Shown: piece after piece, positions 27,423 through 36,186 of the stretch
How the letters are laid out: every line of letters begins with the position of its first letter
How positions within the stretch are numbered: position 1 is the stretch's first letter
From: the human T2T-CHM13v2.0 reference genome, Homo sapiens
Assembly: GCF_009914755.1 (NCBI RefSeq)
Contig: NC_060926.1
Length of the DNA stretch: 64,000 nt
Strand: one strand, 5' to 3'
Made by a program: the position numbers and the translations under genes
The notes under the pieces: model-generated
Databases searched by the model: none
What the model was told of the DNA's origin: nothing
Seen by the model: only the letters and a program-made list of their open reading frames with translations

Positions 27423-28444
27423 CCAGCCTCTCCTGGGCCTGCCCAGGTATCTGCAAACTCCCGGGTTCCACAGCACCTTGTATTTCATGACGATACAAAG
27501 GAGTAGCTATTGGGGCTCTATCTGCTGAGGGAGATTCATCAGACACCCCGATGCAAACCTGAGTGAGTGAAGGCTGGGCTTCTAGGCAAATGCAGCCCCT
27601 CCCTCTTCCAACCAGATGGCCGCCCCTCAGCGCCCCCTGTGGAGAAATTCAGGAAGCACCACTCTTGTATAATACATATACCCCTCTTGTTAAGGTCATT
27701 ACCCCAAACTGTTAATTATTATTTACAAAAAACATATTATCTACTAGAATATGAACCCTGTCCCCACACCTAGGGTGGTGTGTGTATGTGTGTGTGTGTG
27801 CATTTGCACACATGTGCCATAAGAGCTCGATAAATATTTGAATAACTGAGTGAATGAATGGGTATTTAGAAGCCCATTAAGCTCAGACTAGGATGCAATT
27901 TGAACTTAACCCTGCAGGTACTCGGACAGCTGATAAGGGGAGTAGCATGCATAAGGATTGGAAGAGGAAGCTGGGGTGTGTGTAGGAGGTGGTGTGTAGC
28001 ACTGTACTGGGGAGAAGAATAGGCCTCAGAACCCAGCAGGACAATGGTTAAATCCCAGCTCCACAGAGTGATCTCGGCAGGTTACCTGACATCTTGTTTC
28101 CTTAGGGGTTGCTGGGAAATTAAATGACAAAAATGCAAAGCACTCAGAGACTGCACTCCGATGCCCATGGAGAATAAGTGGCAACTCTTATTATTACTCA
28201 ACCTTTCTGAGCCTCGATTTCCTACTCTGTAGTAGCATGTCATTGTCTGATGCTAAATGGAAATGAAGTAAAATTTGTAAAACGAAGTTTCACTAAATAA
28301 TACTTCATGTGATGTATTCTAATATATTCTGTTTTATGCTAACTCATTAAAGAAAAAAGAATACTGTCAGTGACCCAGTAAATTGATTTCATAATCCATT
28401 AACGGACATGTCCTTAAGTTTTAAAAAACCCAGCCTACAGAATA

Positions 28445-28748
28445 CATTTTTAAATAGACTTTATATTTTAGAGCACAATTCAACAGAAAGTACAGAGAAT
28501 TCCCACATGCCCCCTGTCTCCACAGCTCTCCCCTGCGCATCAACATCTCACACAGGGTGGGACACTTGTCATGGTGGACCACCCCACATGGACACGTCAT
28601 CATCGCCCAGCACCGAGTTTGCATTAACATTCGCTCCTGGTGGTGAACATTCTATGGATTTTGACCATTGCATAACGACACATATCCGCCATTATGGTAC
28701 GTTTCACTGCCCTAAAAATCCTCTGCTCTGCCTATTCATTCTTCCCTC
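28445..28748 (-). mobile_element. L1MC-type 3' UTR fragment
   Basis: taaatagactttatattttagagcac...aaagtacagagaattccc...tttcactgccctaaaaatcctctg. Confidence 0.65.
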
Positions 28749-29674
28749 CAGAATATTTTTAACACGATCTCGAGGCCATAGATGATATCAGTAATTTGCA
28801 GTATTGATGATAGTGGTGAACCGGAGGAGAGAGACACTGTTAGGAAGCTGCTGTAGTGGTTCAGGTGAGTGAGGACAGAAGGACAGCTGTGGCTGCAAAG
28901 GCTGGAAGAGAGGAGGGTGTGGGACACTGGTCAGGAAGAGACAGGCCTTGGTCAAGGAGTGAGGAACGGGGAAGCAGGAGCCACTGGACCCTAGGGGTCT
29001 GGAAGCTAGTGGCCTTGGTGTGGGACTGCAGAGAGATAGGAGGTGCCAGACGGCAGGGACTTCAAGGCAGAATTGAAATCTGCTGAACAGCAGGCGTCGG
29101 TCAGCTGGGACAGCCGGAAAGCTCGGGATCAGGAGGCGGTCAAGCTGAGCTCTGCTCTCATTCCGCCGCGTGACCTTGGGCAAGTCCCTTCCCTTCTACA
29201 GGAGGCTGGACTAGATGTCCTCCTTGTACAGCGTTGCGGGGAAGGTGAGACAGTGCCACCAACACAGCAGGGCATTGCTGGGTCGGGGGGATGGGGCAGG
29301 AAACGCTTCAAGGATCAGGCAGGATTTTCCTCCCACCAGGAAAAGCCGGCGCGGGTCTAAGGCCGGAGGAGGGACCCAGACATAGGAGTCACCTTCTAAG
29401 GGGCTTCCTGGAGCACATTTTCCTGCCCAGCAACAGGCGGCAGCATTCTCTCCCCACTAATCCTCTCCAAACAGCAGTGAGAGAGAATGCCTGCCGCTTC
29501 AAGCCAGGTCGCAACCCCTCGGTGACCCGCTGCGCCCGAGGAGGGGCCGGCGGTGCGCGGTGGTGGCGGCGGGCGCGGCAGCTGTGCCCGTCTGCCCAAG
29601 GGTTAATCCGTCCCCTGCAGCTGCCGCGCGTGCCTTGCAGAATTTCACCAGAAGAGGGTACAGTTTGAAAAGCT

Positions 29675-29686
29675 CCTGACGTCAGG
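29675..29686. promoter_or_regulatory. Full CRE (TGACGTCA, 29677-29684) within the 12-bp palindrome CCTGACGTCAGG
   Basis: exact CREB/ATF consensus about 500 bp upstream of the KCNF1 ATG, just after AT-rich tttgaaaa. Confidence 0.7.
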
Positions 29687-29972
29687 CTGGAATTCCTATT
29701 GTGTTTAGAAAAGGCTCGGGCAAAGCCAGCCCAAGTTCGCTCTCTGCACACCTCGAGCACCTCGCGGACGGCGTGGGTCCGCCAGCTCCGGGACCTGCCG
29801 CCGCTGCCTGCGCGCCCCGGGGCGGAGGACGGTGCCAGCCGCCCACGAGGAGACCCCGCTCCCGCAGGAGGCCGAGCTGAAGCGGCGGAGCGCGCCGCCA
29901 GCCAGCCGGGGTGAGTGCCCCGGGCGAGGCCGGCGGCCGCCAAAGCCCCCGCGGGCTCGCCCGGGCGCCCGG

Positions 29973-30047
29973 ATGCCAGCCCCGAGCCCCGCCGCCGGGT
30001 GCATGCCTCCCCCGCGGCGCGCCCCCGCAGGCTGCTGCCCGCTGTGA
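29973..30047 (+). other. Upstream ORF (24 aa, MPAPSPAAGCMPPPRRAPAGCCPL) in the KCNF1 5' leader
   Basis: ATGs at 29973 and 30003 share one frame, TGA at 30045-30047; same frame as the main CDS; translation not demonstrated. Confidence 0.5.
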
Positions 30048-30188
30048 CCGCCCTTCCCCGCAGGCGGGCGCCGGCCAGGCTCTCCCCGAGATCAGCGCAC
30101 GGGTGGCACCCGCCGGACCCCCAGCGGCAGCGGCGGCGGCGGCTGCAGGGGGCGCGGGGCGGAGGCTGCGAGGGCGCGCGCGGGGAGG

Positions 30189-31673
30189 ATGGACGGGTCC
30201 GGGGAGCGCAGCCTCCCGGAGCCGGGCAGCCAGAGCTCCGCTGCCAGCGACGACATAGAGATAGTCGTCAACGTGGGGGGCGTGCGGCAGGTGCTGTACG
30301 GGGACCTCCTCAGTCAGTACCCTGAGACCCGGCTGGCGGAGCTCATCAACTGCTTGGCTGGGGGCTACGACACCATCTTCTCCCTGTGCGACGACTACGA
30401 CCCCGGCAAGCGCGAGTTCTACTTTGACAGGGACCCGGACGCCTTCAAGTGTGTCATCGAGGTGTACTATTTCGGGGAGGTCCACATGAAGAAGGGCATC
30501 TGCCCCATCTGCTTCAAGAACGAGATGGACTTCTGGAAGGTGGACCTCAAGTTCCTGGACGACTGTTGCAAGAGCCACCTGAGCGAGAAGCGCGAGGAGC
30601 TGGAGGAGATCGCGCGCCGCGTGCAGCTCATCCTGGACGACCTGGGCGTGGACGCGGCCGAGGGCCGCTGGCGCCGCTGCCAGAAGTGCGTCTGGAAGTT
30701 CCTGGAGAAGCCCGAGTCGTCGTGCCCGGCGCGGGTGGTGGCCGTGCTCTCCTTCCTGCTCATCCTCGTCTCGTCCGTGGTCATGTGCATGGGCACCATC
30801 CCCGAGCTGCAGGTGCTGGACGCCGAGGGCAACCGCGTGGAGCACCCGACGCTGGAGAACGTGGAGACGGCGTGCATTGGCTGGTTCACCCTGGAGTACC
30901 TGCTGCGCCTCTTCTCGTCACCCAACAAGCTGCACTTCGCGCTGTCCTTCATGAACATTGTGGACGTGCTGGCCATCCTCCCCTTCTACGTGAGCCTCAC
31001 GCTCACGCACCTGGGTGCCCGCATGATGGAGCTGACCAACGTGCAGCAGGCCGTGCAGGCGCTGCGGATCATGCGCATCGCGCGCATCTTCAAGCTGGCC
31101 CGCCACTCCTCGGGCCTGCAGACCCTCACCTATGCCCTCAAGCGCAGCTTCAAGGAACTGGGGCTGCTGCTCATGTACCTGGCAGTGGGTATCTTCGTCT
31201 TCTCTGCCCTGGGCTACACCATGGAGCAGAGCCATCCAGAGACCCTGTTTAAGAGCATCCCCCAGTCCTTCTGGTGGGCCATCATCACCATGACCACCGT
31301 CGGCTACGGCGACATCTACCCCAAGACCACGCTGGGCAAGCTCAACGCGGCCATCAGCTTCTTGTGTGGTGTCATTGCCATCGCCCTGCCCATCCACCCC
31401 ATCATCAACAACTTTGTCAGGTACTACAACAAGCAGCGCGTCCTGGAGACCGCGGCCAAGCACGAGCTGGAGCTGATGGAACTCAACTCCAGCAGCGGGG
31501 GCGAGGGCAAGACCGGGGGCTCCCGCAGTGACCTGGACAACCTCCCTCCAGAGCCTGCGGGGAAGGAGGCGCCGAGCTGCAGCAGCCGGCTGAAGCTCTC
31601 CCACAGCGACACCTTCATCCCCCTCCTGACCGAGGAGAAGCACCACAGGACCCGGCTCCAGAGTTGCAAGTGA
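30189..31673 (+). CDS. KCNF1: Potassium voltage-gated channel modifier subfamily F member 1 (Kv5.1), 494 aa, single coding exon
   Basis: T1/BTB domain (VNVGG, EFYFDRDP, HX5CX20CC Zn site), S1-S6, S4 RIMRIARIFKLARH, pore TTVGYG, S6 ALPIHP in place of PVP; good Kozak aggATGg; sequence recognised as Kv5.1. Confidence 0.98.
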   Translation: MDGSGERSLPEPGSQSSAASDDIEIVVNVGGVRQVLYGDLLSQYPETRLAELINCLAGGYDTIFSLCDDYDPGKREFYFDRDPDAFKCVIEVYYFGEVHMKKGICPICFKNEMDFWKVDLKFLDDCCKSHLSEKREELEEIARRVQLILDDLGVDAAEGRWRRCQKCVWKFLEKPESSCPARVVAVLSFLLILVSSVVMCMGTIPELQVLDAEGNRVEHPTLENVETACIGWFTLEYLLRLFSSPNKLHFALSFMNIVDVLAILPFYVSLTLTHLGARMMELTNVQQAVQALRIMRIARIFKLARHSSGLQTLTYALKRSFKELGLLLMYLAVGIFVFSALGYTMEQSHPETLFKSIPQSFWWAIITMTTVGYGDIYPKTTLGKLNAAISFLCGVIAIALPIHPIINNFVRYYNKQRVLETAAKHELELMELNSSSGGEGKTGGSRSDLDNLPPEPAGKEAPSCSSRLKLSHSDTFIPLLTEEKHHRTRLQSCK

Positions 31674-31952
31674 CAGGAGGGCCCCTCAGGCAGAGATGGA
31701 CCAGGCGGTGGACAGATGGGTAGATGTGGCAGGCATGTCATCGACAGCACAGAAGGGCTGTCCTGTGTCCCCCCAACCCTCCCCTGGACAGACTCTGAAG
31801 GCCCTCCCGGCACCTCTGCCAAGGCTGGGTAAGACTCCTCTATGTTGCCTGCTGTCCAGGAGCCCGGGAGGGAGGGGTGTGCAGGAGCCGCAGGGCCGTG
31901 TGGGACGAGTGGAGGCCGCGGCCTGGCTGGCACGAGAGCCCACGCCCGCTTC

Positions 31953-32010
31953 TGTATCTCCCTCAATAAAGCCTCCTGCTCTGTGCACCCTCCGTGTTGT
32001 AGGTTCTGTC
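31953..32010 (+). terminator. KCNF1 polyadenylation signal
   Basis: TGTA (31953), AATAAA (31965-31970), downstream GT-rich cgtgttgtaggttctgt; implies a ~300-nt 3' UTR. Confidence 0.85.
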
Positions 32011-32344
32011 ACAGGCTGGCTGTCACCCCCAAGAGTAGCTCAGGCACACTTCAGTGCCAGGCCAGGAGGTAGGTGTGCAGCCGGGTGGTGGGGGAGTTAT
32101 TTTTAGTGGGAACTAATTAAAGAAGGGCTCATAGTCAGGTTCGGCGCCAAGGAGCCTTACCACATTCCTGGAGGCTCTGCAGGCCGTGCTTCCCTGCTGC
32201 TTCCTTCTGGGGTAAAGCTTGCTCCCCCTGCAGGCCCAGGATGGGGGAGAGTTCACAGTGCACGCCCAGCAGCCTGCAGCATTTAGTTATCACGTGCACC
32301 GGGCCCTTTTCACAACCTCTTTCTATTCCTTCCATTGACCCTAC

Positions 32345-32455
32345 TAGCTAGGTATCTCCATTTTACAGATGAGGAAACTGAGGCCCAAGGTCACACAGAG
32401 AAGGGAACAATCCCAGGTCTGATGATCCCAAAGCCCATGTGTTCTCTCTGACACC
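32345..32455 (-). mobile_element. MIR SINE relic
   Basis: ctccattttacagatgaggaaactgaggcccaaggtcacacag. Confidence 0.7.
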
Positions 32456-32779
32456 AGGTGGTCTTGGGACAGAGGCATCTGCTTGGGCTCATGATGAGAC
32501 AGTCTTTGGACCAGGAGAGGGGCTGATCTTCCTTGGTGTGGGGGTGCCTGTCCTCCAGCCCATCTTTCTAGCCCTGATACCTTTGAGATAGCTGCTGAAT
32601 GGATAAACCCGAGTGTGGATGCCCCTACCCGTGTCCTGGTGTCTCACTGAATCTCCTCTGAGAGCCCCGAGGGAACAGATCAAACAGATCTGGGTTCGAA
32701 GCCCAGGCAGTGAAGAGGAACCCTGAGATGCCTTTGAGCTTAAACATTTTTCTCTAAGGCCTCTCCTCCACCACTCCCT

Positions 32780-32945
32780 TACCAACTTTGTGACCGTAGG
32801 CCTGCTGATTCATCTCTCTGACCCTCATTCTGATCATCTGGTAAATGGGAATATAATATTTAATAAGTACGGCAGAGAATCGTGGCTTTTAGCATGGCAC
32901 CTGGCACTTAGTAAGTGCTCAATAAATAGTAGCTGTTTCTATTAC
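32780..32945 (+). mobile_element. MIR SINE relic
   Basis: tgtgaccgtaggc...catctggtaaatgggaataata...gcacctggcacttagtaagtgctcaataaatagtagc. Confidence 0.65.
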
Positions 32946-34244
32946 TCTGTGCTGGGAGGGAGGTGGGTTGCACGGTTGCCCACTCTGACCTCCACTGATC
33001 TGGGCTGGGCTTGTAGGTGGGGGGAGGTTGGGGGCAGGGCATTGTCACACTGTCCTTAGTCAAAGGCTAAGAGTTGGCCCCAGCAGGCCCCTTCTTCTGG
33101 GTTTCCATCTTTCCTGAAACCCAGAGCTGTGTCCTTGCTTCTCTTGCTAAGGCAGCTGGTGCAGTGGGAGGAGCCCTGCAGTGGGGCAAGTGTGTGGGAC
33201 TAGATGGGGGAGAGGGAGGTGGTGGTCCCCAGTCTGCCACCATCTCGGGCCAATTTTTCCCCTCCTCTGGGCGTAGGTTTCCCTATACGTATAATAAGAC
33301 TTCTCGAGGCCCCATCTAGATCCGACCTTCGAGGATTCGGAAGCCTTAGGCTGTGGATGCTCTGTGGTGGGGACTCTGGAGGGTGGGAGGCTGCCATGTT
33401 GTAGGGGGCTTGGAGTGGGAGGTCTTGGGAGAGAGTTAGGGTCTGTGGAGTGCAGGGCTTAGCTGTAGAGCTAAAAGTGATGAGAGGGCCCCAGGTAGAG
33501 AGGGGCCTGGCCAGGGGGTGCAAGGCCAGGTGGGGCAGGAGTGTCAGCCCTGGCCTGAAAGGGGCTGTCCTGTGTCCCCCAGCCCTCTCCCGAACAGAGG
33601 CCCTCCCAGGCAAGACTCTTGTGTGGCTTTCAGTCAGTGCCGTGCACCCCTCCCTCACACGTTTCTCCAGGAAAATGCTGGGTCAGGGCCAAAAGGCAGA
33701 GGAGTCAGGAGGCAGGGGCTGGGGCAGCGGGGACCCACTGCAAGGGGGAGAGGGGCTGCACGCCCTCCAGCTGGGAAAGAGGGGAGGAGGGTTGTGGAAG
33801 GTACAGTCTGTGCACCCCCTGGGCTCAGTGGGTTTGCTGGATGTGTGGGTTGCCTCTTTTTGTTCCCCTTTTCCCCAGAGCCTGTGCTGGCCTGAGCGGG
33901 GGAAGCTCAGGGAGGGCGGGAGAGGCCAGGGTGACCCTGGCTCTGGAGGCCGCCTTCTCTGCACTCACCTGGGGCACCAGGGGAGGGAGGCGGTCAGTGA
34001 AGAGCAGATTTACGGCTACAAAGCCATGCATTGGAAGAGGAGGAGATCCAGTCCCAGAGGCGGTAGGTGTTTTGTCTGAGACCTTCATAAATTAGGATTG
34101 GACAGGATTCTGATCTCAGAGGAGCTCAGAGTGTAACAAATAGTTTCTCTACAGTGACATGTTGTGTTATGCAGGAGTGACCTGGGGACTCTGGGATCTA
34201 GGAGGAGGAGCAGTCTTCTTTCCCTGGGTAATCTCTCTGGGGCA

Positions 34245-34600
34245 CGAGTTCTGGAACTCTGCTGTGCATTAGAACCACATGGGGAGCTTTAAAAAGTCCC
34301 ACTGTTTAGCTGTTTAGGCTGCACCCCATACCTATTAAATTAGAATTTCTGGGGGTGACACCCAGGCAGGATTTTTTTTTTTTTTTTTGAGACAGGGTCT
34401 TACTCTGTCACCCAGGCTAGAGTGCAGTGGTGTGAGCGTAGATTTTAAAGTTTAAAATGCACTTGAGCCATCCAGAGACCTTGTTAAAATGTAGTCTTTG
34501 AGTCTGTAGGTCTGGGTGGGTCCCTGGAATCTGCATTTCCAACAAGCTCTCAGATGAGGCTGAGGCTACTGGGCATGGACCCCACTTTGAACAGCAAGAG
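34245..34600. mobile_element. MER5B/MER5A (hAT-Charlie) relics split by a ~60-bp 5'-truncated Alu tail (34372-34435, minus)
   Basis: gcattagaaccacatggggagctttaaaaa; aatctgcatttccaacaagctc...ccccactttgaacagc; poly-T+gagacagggtcttactctgtcacccagg. Confidence 0.65.
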
Positions 34601-34604
34601 GGCA

Positions 34605-34790
34605 GAGGGGGTGCTGGCAAACTCTGGCTGTGGCCAATCTGATCTGCTACCTGTTTTGGTACAGTCCATGAATTAAGAATTGTTTCTATGTATTTACATG
34701 GCTGAAAAAATTCAAAGGAAGAATAACATTTTGTGACACGTGAAAAGTACATAAAATTGAAATTTCAGTGTCCACAAAACAAGTGTGGAC
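34605..34790 (+). mobile_element. MER58-type DNA transposon fragment
   Basis: tggcaaactctggctgtggccaatctg...gtgacacgtgaaaagtacataaaattgaaatttcagtgtccac. Confidence 0.6.
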
Positions 34791-35798
34791 TATTTATTTT
34801 CCATCCCCTATAGAAAATGATGTCTAAGTTAGGCCTTGAAGAATGAGTAGGAGCTCTCCCGGAAGAGGGAGTAGAAAGAACGTCCCACTCACCATGAACA
34901 GTGTGGGTGCCAAGACACAGGAGTGTGGAACCTGCTTCAGAGGGAGTGAGGCCCACTCTATAACCACAGGGCAGGTGCAGGAATCATAGTAAAAATATCT
35001 TCCTTTCTCATTGCATCCCAGGGCTCACAGCTCCCTGCTTTGTTTCCCACGGAGACCCCCGATTCCAGGTCCCCTGCAGCCAGCTCTCTGCTGTCCTGGC
35101 TTGTGCTTAAAGGCCACTGGCTTCTCTTCCTCCTTTCTTGACCTCCCATCCACAGTCTTGTAAAATCTCCCTGTCCTGGGGCAGTTGCCTCACATACTCT
35201 TCCCTGGTTTGGGTGACTCTCACAAGCTTCTTGTAACCTGCTAATAATGACTATTGAGTGAGAGGCAGATGTGTTTCTTGGAGTTGCAGAATGCGCAAGT
35301 TAAGAGAAAAGCAGGGCATCATCGGGTGCAAGCCCCTGTTGTACAGATGGGGACATGGTGGCTCTGAATGTGTACGGCTGAGCGAGGCCTGCATGCCACA
35401 GCCTGGTGAGGGGCCCACCCCATTCTGATTCTCATAAAATTGGGAGCACTCTGTGCATGCCATTTCAAAAATAGAGACGTGTGAGTACAAGACTGTGTGT
35501 GTGTGTGTGTGTGTGTAAAAACAAATCAATTTCTGACTTTTAATGAAACGGCATGTGGTAGACACTTTCACAAACAATCCCCTTTTAGCCCCAAAATAAC
35601 TCCGTGCAGTGAGCTATTAATCTGCAGTTTTACAGATGGGGAGACTGAGGCCCAGAGGGCAGAAGCAACAGGCTGATGGCCTTGCTGCTCGTTGGTGGCA
35701 GAGCTAGTAGCCGAGCCCAGAGCCTCCAGCTGACATTTATCTGGAGGCGGATTGTGCACCTCTCCCTGCTGCCATCAGAACTTGGCGCCCAACAGACC

Positions 35799-35832
35799 CC
35801 AATTAAGGTCTGACCTGAGCTTCCTAATAAGG
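35799..35832. promoter_or_regulatory. Tandem perfect CArG boxes CCAATTAAGG (35799-35808) and CCTAATAAGG (35823-35832)
   Basis: both match CC(A/T)6GG exactly; function inferred. Confidence 0.5.
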
Positions 35833-35835
35833 CCA

Positions 35836-36186
35836 CCATGTGATCTCTCTAGGGTGCCATCATCTGATCTCTCTAGGGTGACGTCATCTGATCTCTCTAG
35901 GGTGCCATCATCTGCTCTCTCTAGGGTGCCATCATCTGCTCTCTCTAGGGTGCCATCATCTGATCTCTCTAGGATGCCATCATCTGATCTCTCTAGGGTT
36001 CCATCATCTGATCTCTCTAGGGTTCCATCATCTGATCTCTCTAGGGTTCCATCATCTGCTCTCTCTAGGGTTCCATCATCTGCTCTCTCTAGGGTGCCAT
36101 CATCTGATTTCTCTAGGGTGCCATCATCTGATCTCTCTAGGATGCCATCATCTGATCTCTCTAGGATGCCATCATCTGATCTCTCT
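35836..36186. repeat. VNTR, 24-bp unit (ccatcatctgatctctctagggtg) x ~14.5
   Basis: highly homogeneous units; reads (SSDLSRVP)n in the ORF track. Confidence 0.97.

Larger units (their letters stand above)
29480..31700. promoter_or_regulatory. CpG island spanning the KCNF1 promoter, 5' leader and CDS
   Basis: very high GC and CpG density versus CpG-depleted flanks; boundaries approximate. Confidence 0.9.

Noticed and set aside
29752-29775. REST/RE1-like sequence tcgagcacc-tcgc-ggacggcg
   Set aside because: Half-sites are degenerate and the spacer is 4 bp rather than the canonical 2 bp
30122-30143. (GCG)n tract in the KCNF1 leader as an expansion locus
   Set aside because: Only about 7 interrupted units; unremarkable for a CpG island
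29682-31646. Long antisense ORFs (387 aa at 29682-30845, 242 aa at 30918-31646) and the 267-aa shifted-frame ORF at 30449-31252
   Set aside because: Shadow ORFs expected from the extreme GC3 codon bias of KCNF1; no recognisable domains, and the 267-aa ORF contains no ATG
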